Assembly: GCA_048538275.1 (NCBI GenBank)
Contig: JBLYPW010000001.1
Span: 431,928-487,038, forward strand
Direction of reading: 5' to 3'
Length of the DNA stretch: 55,111 bases
From: Candidatus Komeilibacteria bacterium
GTDB taxonomy: Bacteria > Patescibacteriota > Patescibacteriia > UBA1558
Shown: in pieces, positions 9,617-18,370 of the stretch
Layout: the number at the start of each line of letters is the position of its first letter
Numbering within the stretch: the first letter of the stretch is position 1
Made by a program: the position numbers and the translations under genes
Notes under the pieces: generated by a model
Told to the model about the DNA's origin: nothing
What the model saw: only the letters and a program-made list of their open reading frames with translations
Database searches by the model: none

Positions 9617-11728
9617 ATGGCAGAAAAAACTCTAAACTTACATATTTGGTTGGGACTGGCCACGGTCTTAATTGCTCTAATGCAACTCCCCTGGTCACCA
9701 CTGGCTATCATGGCCGGCGTCTTGCTTAGTATTATAGTGGGCTGGATTTATGGCTGGTGGGCCCTGGATAGCGATCAACAATTATGGCGCTTTTTATTAG
9801 GCATGCTGTTTTGGCTGGCCGGCCTCGCTATACTAGGCGCCCTGTTTATATTTATTTATAAATTGAATAATCTAACATGGCTCATCACCTTGGGCATCAG
9901 TTTATTGATTCCCTATTTTTGGCTATGGCGCAATGGTAATATGAACATTCCCCTACCTCAGCTCAAACAAAGCCGATTAATTTTTAATTATAATTTTTTA
10001 TTATTATTGTTAATTTTATTTAATTTTCTTATTATATTTATTTTGTATTGGCAAGCCCGCACCGCTGACCTTGTATTATCCTTATGGCAAACCTTGCCTA
10101 GCTACATTTTCTGGCTTTTTATTTTATTGATAGGGCTGATGATGGCTTATAGTCGTCGTGATAATGACTCCAGCATGCCTTGGCTATGGTCACTATTTAC
10201 TTTTTTGGTTTTGGGCGCAGCCGTGATTATTTATAAAATAGGTTATGGTTTTGATCCTTTCATTCATTTGGCCACACTAAAATTAATTGATTTACAAGGC
10301 ACTATTTCCCCTAAACCATTTTATTATTTAGGACAATATGCCACGCAATTACAACTGCACTGGCTATGGCATATCCCTTTGGTTTGGATCAATAAATACC
10401 TAGTACCTTTGATTTTTTCGCTTTATGTGCCTGCCAGTATTTATTATACCTGGAAGACAAATTTTCAAGATAGCCAAGTGGCTCGTTGGCTACCTTGGAT
10501 TATTTTTACATTTCCCTTGAGCGCCTATATCTATACCACGCCGCAAGGCCTGGCCAATACTTTAGTACTGCTGCTTTTGCTCTTGGCTATAAATACTTTT
10601 ATAAACAATCGCCTACCGATTGGCTGGCTTTGGTTATTAGCTTTCTATATTACTGCCATTCATCCCTTAGCCGGCGTACCCGCTATTTTCTTTATGGCCG
10701 TGCTGCATTGGCAAGTGGGTAGCTGGCGCTCACTACGACAAACTAATTGGCATAAATATATTAACTATCTGCTGATCATCCTTGGTCTGTTTGCCTTGCC
10801 AATATTATTTTTGCTTTACGGATTTATCAGCAAGCAACAATTTGTTTGGGAATGGCGTTTAACACAGCTAGGCACTGATTTATCTGCCTGGCTTACCACC
10901 TCAGCGCCGCTCATAAATATTTGGGATTGGCTTTATAGCATATTGCACTGGTGGCCCTTGGCTTTATTGGCTTTAGCCGGCTGGGGTCTTTATTATAGCT
11001 GGCAGCAAGGACGACTAGCTTTATTACGACCATATTTGATTTTATCCGCTATATTATTGAGCAATTATTTAATTTTTGCTTATGGCCTGCGCTTTGCTTG
11101 GCTGATCAGCTATGAACAAAACAATTATACTGACCGACTATGGTCTTTATTTTGGCTTAGCCTACTGATCCCTATTTTGATCGGTGCCTATAATTTATGG
11201 AAAAAAACATTGGCCCGCGGTTGGTCCACTCGTTTTTTGCTAATCATTTTATTGATATTGATAATCGTGACCAACTGGTATGCCAGCTATCCCCGACAAG
11301 ATCCTTATTTTGAAAACAAGAACGTCAATACAACGGCACTAGACTTGGCCATAGTGCAAACAATAGATACGCAAAGCTCTGATGATTATATTGTCCTGGC
11401 CAATCAAGCGGTCAGCGCCGCCGCCTTACAAACTTTTGGGTTTGCTCACTATTATCTTGGTAATTTTTATTATCCCCTACCAACATCGGGCGAATTATAT
11501 CAGGATTATCTAGCGCTCGCTTATCAAACCAAAGACACACCAATAACGCTGGCCCATAGCGCGCAGATTACCGGCGTCAAAAATATCTATTTAGTTTTGA
11601 ATAATTATTGGACCAATTATGCTAGTTTAGTGGCCAGCTATAAAAAAACCGCTGACAGCTATCAAGCAGTAGCGGATGGTCAAGCTTATATATTTTACTT
11701 CAATTTAGCCAATACAGCAGCGCAATAA
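9617..11728 (+). CDS. large polytopic membrane protein with C-terminal soluble domain
   Basis: 703 aa with more than 14 predicted hydrophobic helices. Divergent from the GT-C gene across a 59-bp spacer. Possibly another GT-C or polymerase-like protein. Confidence 0.5.
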   Translation: MAEKTLNLHIWLGLATVLIALMQLPWSPLAIMAGVLLSIIVGWIYGWWALDSDQQLWRFLLGMLFWLAGLAILGALFIFIYKLNNLTWLITLGISLLIPYFWLWRNGNMNIPLPQLKQSRLIFNYNFLLLLLILFNFLIIFILYWQARTADLVLSLWQTLPSYIFWLFILLIGLMMAYSRRDNDSSMPWLWSLFTFLVLGAAVIIYKIGYGFDPFIHLATLKLIDLQGTISPKPFYYLGQYATQLQLHWLWHIPLVWINKYLVPLIFSLYVPASIYYTWKTNFQDSQVARWLPWIIFTFPLSAYIYTTPQGLANTLVLLLLLLAINTFINNRLPIGWLWLLAFYITAIHPLAGVPAIFFMAVLHWQVGSWRSLRQTNWHKYINYLLIILGLFALPILFLLYGFISKQQFVWEWRLTQLGTDLSAWLTTSAPLINIWDWLYSILHWWPLALLALAGWGLYYSWQQGRLALLRPYLILSAILLSNYLIFAYGLRFAWLISYEQNNYTDRLWSLFWLSLLIPILIGAYNLWKKTLARGWSTRFLLIILLILIIVTNWYASYPRQDPYFENKNVNTTALDLAIVQTIDTQSSDDYIVLANQAVSAAALQTFGFAHYYLGNFYYPLPTSGELYQDYLALAYQTKDTPITLAHSAQITGVKNIYLVLNNYWTNYASLVASYKKTADSYQAVADGQAYIFYFNLANTAAQ

Positions 11729-12876
11729 GTACTGGCATCTATTATTTTTTTAGTGGGGGTTAATCGCCAAAGCTGATTATTATTTCTTAAATCAACCATA
11801 GTAGTCAGCCAAGCATTGAGATCGGCAGGCGGTAAAGCCCACTGATTTTTAGCTACCAACATTTCCGGTATGCCACCCAGGCGGCTAGCTAAAATGGCCC
11901 CACCAAAACTTTGTGCCTGAGCAATTATAGTAGGGCTGTTTTCATAACACATGGTCGGCATCAGTAAAGCCGCACCCTGACGCAAATAACCATTGACTAT
12001 ATCATTAGTTTGTCTGCCGAGATAAACAATACTATCATCGCAACTACTATTACTTACAACCTTATCTTGTAAACTGCCGTCACCGATTATAATAAGCTTT
12101 TCTTCGGCTTGGGCTTTTGGCTTATAGGCCGACCATAATTTCAGTAAAAAATCCACTCCTTTATGGGGCTCCAATTGGCCCACAAATAACCAAATAAAGT
12201 CTAGACTATCAGTAACAGTCTTGCTATCCAATGGAGCTGGTTGGCGTAATACCAGAGCAGGAACGGCTGGCCAATATTTTTTTGTTTTATAAAAATCCCA
12301 TAGCCACTGAGAAGGTGAAATTAGCTGATCGGGTAAAGGTAATAAATAACGCATCAGTCGGCTATAAACAGCGCGGGCTACTTTATAAAAAAATGATACT
12401 TTATCCGGCCAAAGTATTAAACCACTGGGATCATAATACTGCACATCATGTAAGGACATAAACCAAGTAGCCGGATAGGCGGCCAGTTGTTTCCAGCTCA
12501 TTACTCCCAAGCCCATATGATTATGCGACCAAATAAAATCCGGTTGGATTTTTTTGAGTATTCTGCGTAAATGAGCTGCCTGACGCCAATTAAATATGTC
12601 AAAAATATGCCACCATAGGCGTAAAAATGGCCCCAAACGGCTTAAATTAGCAAAAGTAGTGATATTATAGCTAGGCAATCTAAATACCCCAATTTCGCCC
12701 TGTTTATTATACTGCTCTTTTTTTATTGCTGATTCTGTAGCAGTAGTAATAATAAATACTTGATGACCGCTCGCCACCAAGCTGTGGGCAATCAAATCCA
12801 CTATCACCTCGGCGCCGCCGCGCTGCGGCGGCCCATATAAACTATTTATTAAGCAAATCCGCATATAATTTATCAA
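11695..12876 (-). CDS. glycosyltransferase family 4
   Basis: N-terminal MRICLINSLYGPPQRGGAEV and a C-terminal GT1-type E-x7-E region (ENSPTIIAQAQSFG). Confidence 0.75.
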   Translation of the reverse strand: MINYMRICLINSLYGPPQRGGAEVIVDLIAHSLVASGHQVFIITTATESAIKKEQYNKQGEIGVFRLPSYNITTFANLSRLGPFLRLWWHIFDIFNWRQAAHLRRILKKIQPDFIWSHNHMGLGVMSWKQLAAYPATWFMSLHDVQYYDPSGLILWPDKVSFFYKVARAVYSRLMRYLLPLPDQLISPSQWLWDFYKTKKYWPAVPALVLRQPAPLDSKTVTDSLDFIWLFVGQLEPHKGVDFLLKLWSAYKPKAQAEEKLIIIGDGSLQDKVVSNSSCDDSIVYLGRQTNDIVNGYLRQGAALLMPTMCYENSPTIIAQAQSFGGAILASRLGGIPEMLVAKNQWALPPADLNAWLTTMVDLRNNNQLWRLTPTKKIIDASTYCAAVLAKLK

Positions 12877-14005
12877 GTTGTTTACCGATTATATTCCAAT
12901 CATATTTATTTTTGGCTTGTTGGCAGGCCCGCATTGACATTTCTTCAACCAAAGCCTCCTGATCCAAAAGATAATCCAGTTTCACTCGTAATGCCTCTTC
13001 ATCATTAGGCGGTACTAAACTGCCCGTTTGTTCATCTTTCACTACTGAGCGCACGCCCGCTAAATTTGTAGCGACCACCGCAGTTTGACAGGCCATGCTT
13101 TCAATCAAAACAATACCAAAGGCTTCACCGCTAGTTGTGGAAGGTAAAATGGTTAAATAAGAGTGGCTATAAAAATCACGTAATTGTTCATCGCTGACCT
13201 CGTGATGAAAATTTATTTTATCTTCCAAACGAAAACGCTTAGCCAGCTCACGATAATAATCGGCCATATCACCATTACCCACTACCGCCAGCCGCCAATC
13301 ACTTTGCTGTAAATTGTGCAGAGCATTAAATAAAACCGGCAAGCCTTTGAAATAATGAGCTTTATCCAAGGCGCCGACAAATAAAAGCTGACGCGGTTTA
13401 TTTTTCATCTTAGCCGCCAAGTCAATCACCGGATGATAAAATTTAGTATCCACGCCATTGGGTATGACTACAATTTTCTTATGCCAATGTCTAAACCACC
13501 AGCTTGATTGGCAATTGAAAGCATAATCTTGGGAATGAACTACGATCTTGGTAGCAACTTTTAAAACTTGGGGTAAAATCAAATAGCGCCAAAGTTGGAA
13601 AATACTGCCCTTGATACCACCGGCAATATTATCCATATGATAATGAACTACCAATGGTTTGCGCCAAAACAATTTGGCCAAAATAGAACTGATCGTAGCG
13701 CCATAAAAAGGATAATGTAAATGAATGATATCAAATTTGCGCAGCGACCATAATAAACCGGGCAAAACAGCGGCATTACCAAACTGGAGCCAACCGGTCA
13801 AACGACGCACCTGCACGCCATTATCATTCTCACTACGCGGCAAGGTCTGTAAATATTTATACCAAGGTGTGAAAACAGTCACATCATAACCATGGCTAAC
13901 CAGCTGTCTGGCATCTTCTCTAGCCACCTTGCCCATACCGCCCCGATAAGGCGGATAGGTACAAATAATGTGGGCAATTTTTGTCTTTACCATCTTATCA
14001 GCCAT
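12842..14005 (-). CDS. glycosyltransferase family 4
   Basis: IAHIICTYPPYRGGMG N-terminus. C-terminal SGEAFGIVLIESMACQTAVVATNLAG motif. Confidence 0.8.
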   Translation of the reverse strand: MADKMVKTKIAHIICTYPPYRGGMGKVAREDARQLVSHGYDVTVFTPWYKYLQTLPRSENDNGVQVRRLTGWLQFGNAAVLPGLLWSLRKFDIIHLHYPFYGATISSILAKLFWRKPLVVHYHMDNIAGGIKGSIFQLWRYLILPQVLKVATKIVVHSQDYAFNCQSSWWFRHWHKKIVVIPNGVDTKFYHPVIDLAAKMKNKPRQLLFVGALDKAHYFKGLPVLFNALHNLQQSDWRLAVVGNGDMADYYRELAKRFRLEDKINFHHEVSDEQLRDFYSHSYLTILPSTTSGEAFGIVLIESMACQTAVVATNLAGVRSVVKDEQTGSLVPPNDEEALRVKLDYLLDQEALVEEMSMRACQQAKNKYDWNIIGKQLDKLYADLLNK

Positions 14006-15036
14006 CGCATTATAGTTAAATAAAATTTAAAAATCGGATTAGCCACATACAATAATAAAGGGCTGGCCAATTCTTGATATAATATTTCACCGGTAAACAT
14101 AGCCAACATTTGTGCATCAGTTCTGTGCCGCTGATTTTGTATCTGCCGCCTTTGACCCAATAACTCCGACCAGACCAAAGGATCGGTGAAATATACATAG
14201 CTACGTATTTTATCCTTGCTCCAACCATTTTTTATGGCAAATAATAGCTGGCCGATTTCCATCATCAATAAAGCGGGAAATAATAAAATCAAAGTAGCCC
14301 AATGATAATCACGTAATATACACAACCACCGATTACGCTCAAAATAATATACCTTTGTCATGCCCCGGCTAAATTCAAATTTATGATAAATGATACTCCG
14401 AGGGTCCAACCAACACTGATAACCGGCTAGCCACAAACGCCAACCCAAATCAAGATCTTCCAAATACATAAACATCTGCGGCGCAAATAAACCGACCGAA
14501 CGCAAAGCCTCCGCCCGATACAAAACCGCCGCCCCGGAAGGATAGTTTATCATGCGCGCTTGTTCATATTTTCCCCGATCCAACTGGCCAGATGCTTCAC
14601 CATAGCCAAAGCCAAGAAAATGAATCCGATTACCGACAGTATTGATGTGGTCCTTTTTTTGCGCCAGCATCAATTTTGATTGAACGGCACCTATCTCTTT
14701 ATTGGACTCCGCTCTGTTTACCAATGGTTCTAGCCAGCCAGGAGTGACTACCGTATCGTGATTGAGCAAGAAAATATAATCATAGCCGTTGTCCAGCGCA
14801 TATGACATGGCCAGATTATTAGCAGCGGCAAAACCAAGATTTTCTTTTTGGGGGAAAAGTTTAGCCTGCGGAAAAAGTTCTTTTGCCAAGGCAATGCTAT
14901 TATCTTGGGAATTATTATCTACCAGCAAAAGATCCCAATCATCTGGCGGATAAGTGGTGTTTTGTAAACTAGACAAAAGCTCCGGTAAAAAACCGGCGCC
15001 ATTATAAATCACAACAATAACAGCAACTTTTGGCAT
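13987..15036 (-). CDS. glycosyltransferase family 2
   Basis: VAVIVVIYNG...LLLVDNNSQDNS with a DxD-type region (YLEDLDLGWR), resembling rhamnosyltransferase-like GT2 enzymes. Confidence 0.8.
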   Translation of the reverse strand: MPKVAVIVVIYNGAGFLPELLSSLQNTTYPPDDWDLLLVDNNSQDNSIALAKELFPQAKLFPQKENLGFAAANNLAMSYALDNGYDYIFLLNHDTVVTPGWLEPLVNRAESNKEIGAVQSKLMLAQKKDHINTVGNRIHFLGFGYGEASGQLDRGKYEQARMINYPSGAAVLYRAEALRSVGLFAPQMFMYLEDLDLGWRLWLAGYQCWLDPRSIIYHKFEFSRGMTKVYYFERNRWLCILRDYHWATLILLFPALLMMEIGQLLFAIKNGWSKDKIRSYVYFTDPLVWSELLGQRRQIQNQRHRTDAQMLAMFTGEILYQELASPLLLYVANPIFKFYLTIMRWLIRW

Positions 15037-15380
15037 TAATCCTCTTTATTAACGGTGCTGCGATCGGCCTGCTCTAAGGCTTCGCGTCGCACCAGCTGAG
15101 TAATTTGGCCGGCTATCTTTTGTTGGCCCAAATATAATCTAAATTGCCAATAAAATAAAGCGATGATAGCCAAATAAACTACCAAATCCGCCCCCCGACC
15201 AATACCTAAATAATTGGCAATATAAGTGGTGGCATCAGGCCACCAAAATACCAATAAAATAAGCAACCACAATAAAGTCCAAGTCCAAGATTGTCCTTGG
15301 CTCAGACGTCCGGCCGGTCGGCGCCAAATAGTTAACCAAACCAATATAACAAAAAAACTGACGATAATCTGAATCAACAT
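15036..15380 (-). CDS. DUF2304-like small membrane protein
   Basis: 114 aa with three TM helices. Sits between two GT2 genes, the usual context of DUF2304. Confidence 0.55.
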   Translation of the reverse strand: MLIQIIVSFFVILVWLTIWRRPAGRLSQGQSWTWTLLWLLILLVFWWPDATTYIANYLGIGRGADLVVYLAIIALFYWQFRLYLGQQKIAGQITQLVRREALEQADRSTVNKED

Positions 15381-16058
15381 TTAACTTCTCTTAAAAATTA
15401 AATCGCGTACAATGCGGATGCCACCCAGTAAGCCTTGGCCAAATTCATGATAAACTATTGTCACCGGCACTTCTTGAAAAGCCCAATGGTGTCGAGTAAT
15501 GGCTCGTACTATTTCTGTATTATGAGCCATGGCATCCTGCTGAATAGTTAAATTATCTAAAACTTTTTTATTAAAAGCCCGCCAACCATTGTGTGCATCT
15601 GACAACCATAAACCAGTAAACAGCCAATTTATACAGCGGCCAATCTGTAATAAAATATATTTCTTAAACCAAGGCAATTGTGATTGACTATTGGCAAATC
15701 TAGTGCCCAAGGTAATATCTGCCTGGCCAGCCAATAACGGCGCCAACATCGGCTCTATATCAGCAGCTCGCATCTGACCATCGCTATCAAAATGTACTAT
15801 ATATTCCGCTCCCTGCTGGCGAGCATATTCATCACCGGTTTGCAAAGCAGCGCCCATTCCCCTATTTAGACGATGATTAAGTAAATTTATGCTAGGAAAA
15901 CGGCGAACAATGGCCGCCGTCTTATCTTGTGATCCATCATTTACTACCACAATACTATAAGGCAAATTTACCAAATCAGACAAAACCTGCTCTAATTTTT
16001 CCTCTTCATTATAGGCTGGCACTACTAGCCAAATATTATTTTGGAATATTGGTGGCAT
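15381..16058 (-). CDS. glycosyltransferase family 2 (polyprenyl-phosphate sugar synthase-like)
   Basis: VVPAYNEEEKL...VVVNDGSQDKT...HFDSDGQ motifs. Confidence 0.8.
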   Translation of the reverse strand: MPPIFQNNIWLVVPAYNEEEKLEQVLSDLVNLPYSIVVVNDGSQDKTAAIVRRFPSINLLNHRLNRGMGAALQTGDEYARQQGAEYIVHFDSDGQMRAADIEPMLAPLLAGQADITLGTRFANSQSQLPWFKKYILLQIGRCINWLFTGLWLSDAHNGWRAFNKKVLDNLTIQQDAMAHNTEIVRAITRHHWAFQEVPVTIVYHEFGQGLLGGIRIVRDLIFKRS

Positions 16059-17058
16059 GTAATAAATCTATATTAGCGCGGGCATATTCAATGGTCTTAG
16101 TAAGGCCTTGTTCTAAATTAATCACCGGGAACCAACCCAATTTATTTCTTATTTTACTGATATTCGGCTTGCCCAACGGCGTCATAAAGGGTAGCCAATC
16201 TTGATATGTTATTTTTACTTTAGCGCCGGTCATTGCCAAAACTTTCTCGGCCACCGCTGTCAAAGTATAATCAACGTCGGAGCCCACATTAAAAATATCA
16301 TTTTCTGAACTATTCATAATTTTCAATAAAGCATCCACCACGTCATCTACATAAACCAAAGTAGTGTTAAAATTCTTATCACCATAAATCACCAAATCCT
16401 TATTATCCAGAGCGTTCATAATAAAATCCGGTATCATCTGACCGTCATGCAAAGGCATGCGCGGTCCATAAGTCCGAAAAACACGAGCAATTTTTATAGG
16501 CAACTGATAATAATCGCGATAAGTCAAAGCCATGGTCTCAGCCCAACGCTTGCCCTCATCATAACAAGCGCGCGGTGATGTAAAATCTACCTGACCCACA
16601 AAATTTTCATCCCAATGCTCATTATCCACTTGACGAGGTCCATAAACCACTGAGCTGGAAAAATGTAACAAGGCAGCTTTAAATTTCCTGGTCATCTCCA
16701 AAATATTTTTCATGCCCAATGAATTTGCATCTAGAGTTTGAATTACCAAATCATCAAAGTTTTTTACTGAAGTTGGACAAGCTAAATTATAAATTTGTTG
16801 AATGCCTTGAAATTCAATTTTAAATTTTTGCACATCCGGAATTTGTAACAAATCCAATGGCTGGGTAATGTCATGATTAATAAAAACAAAATTTGGCGAT
16901 TGCATTAAAAAACGGATATTTTCTACATTGCCCGTAGAAAAATTATCAATACATATCACCTTATTATCAGCTAATAAACGCTCACACAAATGTGAACCAA
17001 TAAAACCGGCACCACCAACTACCACTACATTGGCTTTGTCAAATATTACTTTAGACAT
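16036..17058 (-). CDS. uxs: UDP-glucuronate decarboxylase (UDP-xylose synthase), SDR family
   Basis: VVGGAGFIGSHLCERL Rossmann motif and the UXS-type catalytic CYDEGKRWAE motif. Confidence 0.85.
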   Translation of the reverse strand: MSKVIFDKANVVVVGGAGFIGSHLCERLLADNKVICIDNFSTGNVENIRFLMQSPNFVFINHDITQPLDLLQIPDVQKFKIEFQGIQQIYNLACPTSVKNFDDLVIQTLDANSLGMKNILEMTRKFKAALLHFSSSVVYGPRQVDNEHWDENFVGQVDFTSPRACYDEGKRWAETMALTYRDYYQLPIKIARVFRTYGPRMPLHDGQMIPDFIMNALDNKDLVIYGDKNFNTTLVYVDDVVDALLKIMNSSENDIFNVGSDVDYTLTAVAEKVLAMTGAKVKITYQDWLPFMTPLGKPNISKIRNKLGWFPVINLEQGLTKTIEYARANIDLLHATNIPK

Positions 17059-17090
17059 AAATAAGAAAAGTTAATACTAATTTATACGTC

Positions 17091-17212
17091 CACCCCGTCA
17101 GCTTAAGCTAACGAGGCCCGTCACGTCAGCTTAAGCTAACGAGGCCCGTCACGTCAGCTTAAGCTAACGAGGCCCGTCACGTCAGCTTAAGCTGACGTGA
17201 CCCATCTGACGG
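17091..17212. repeat. mosaic repeat cluster 1: 28-bp tandem unit GTCAGCTTAAGCTAACGAGGCCCGTCAC x3 plus a terminal perfect palindrome
   Basis: Units at 17097-17124, 17125-17152 and 17153-17180. The array ends in GTCACGTCAGCTTAAGCTGACGTGAC. Read directly. Confidence 0.9.
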
Positions 17213-17244
17213 AACACTCTCTACTCAAATCATTACTCCAGACG

Positions 17245-17931
17245 CTATTTTTTTCTAAACCTAATTCTAAATAAACTAATTAAAGTACCAAAATAGTCTT
17301 TTAGCTTAACATGGCTACGGCCATCGTCACGCCACTGCACAGGTATTTCTTTAATAGTGAATCCTCTTTGCTTGGCTAAATATAATAGCTCCATATCAAA
17401 ACTCCAACCCACTTCTTGCAACTCATTAAATAATTGAGCCGCTCGCTCAGAAAACAGTTTAAAACCGCACTGACTATCATGAATTCCCGGCAATAAAGTG
17501 ATTTGTACTAATAAGTTTCCCAGTTTACCAGCCACTACTTTATACCAAGGCTGAGAATATAGTATTTGACTACCCGGTAAAGCCCTGCTGGCAATAATAA
17601 TATCATAATCGGCGCTATATTCCAAACATTTTGTCAACTCAGAAATTGGTGTTGCCAGATCTATATCCATAAATATACGCCACTGACCGCGGGCTGCTAA
17701 CATACCGGCTGTGACGGCCGCTCCTTTACCCTGATGATAATTTTTTATAATCTTGACAGATAACTTACTGGCCAGCTCAACAGTATTATCGCCACTACCG
17801 TCATCACTCACTATAACCTCACTGGCAAAATCCTGCTGCTCCAACCAGCGCAATATTTTAGTCAAATTATCCTGAATAATAGAGGCCTCATTATAAACCG
17901 GTATGATAATTGATAGATATGGTTTAGACAT
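17245..17931 (-). CDS. glycosyltransferase family 2 (GtrB / dolichyl-phosphate glucosyltransferase-like)
   Basis: LSIIIPVYNEASII...VIVSDDGSGDNT...DIDLATP motifs. Confidence 0.8.
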   Translation of the reverse strand: MSKPYLSIIIPVYNEASIIQDNLTKILRWLEQQDFASEVIVSDDGSGDNTVELASKLSVKIIKNYHQGKGAAVTAGMLAARGQWRIFMDIDLATPISELTKCLEYSADYDIIIASRALPGSQILYSQPWYKVVAGKLGNLLVQITLLPGIHDSQCGFKLFSERAAQLFNELQEVGWSFDMELLYLAKQRGFTIKEIPVQWRDDGRSHVKLKDYFGTLISLFRIRFRKK

Positions 17932-18370
17932 GATTGAATACCCAGCGACGACTCATAAAAAAGTTCCAAAGAAAACCCAAAAACACGCCGATTAATTTGC
18001 CGATTAAATCATAAACCTGCCAATGCTCCACCGCATAATACAAAGCAGATTGGGCGATTACAAAACTTCCCAACCACATGATAAGAATATATTTCAATAA
18101 TAGTAGCCAAGAAAAAACCACTTTTTTATTGGCAAAAGTCCAACCATAATTCATCAAAAAACTACAAATGACCGCCGTGCCAAAAGATATCGCATTGGCC
18201 TGTAAATAATGAACGGAAAAATACTCTGTCAAACGAGTTAAACTAATATAAATAGCATAATCCAATAAAGTATTGATCAGTCCAACTGTGGCAAAGCGCA
18301 AGCCCTGTACCAAGACTAAGCGCCATTTATTTATAATTTTATTAATTAGCCAAGTCAACATTGACACCAC
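17924..18370 (-). CDS. GtrA family membrane protein
   Basis: 148 aa with four TM helices and RFATVGLINTLLDYAIY. Overlaps the downstream GT2 gene. Confidence 0.75.
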   Translation of the reverse strand: MVSMLTWLINKIINKWRLVLVQGLRFATVGLINTLLDYAIYISLTRLTEYFSVHYLQANAISFGTAVICSFLMNYGWTFANKKVVFSWLLLLKYILIMWLGSFVIAQSALYYAVEHWQVYDLIGKLIGVFLGFLWNFFMSRRWVFNHV

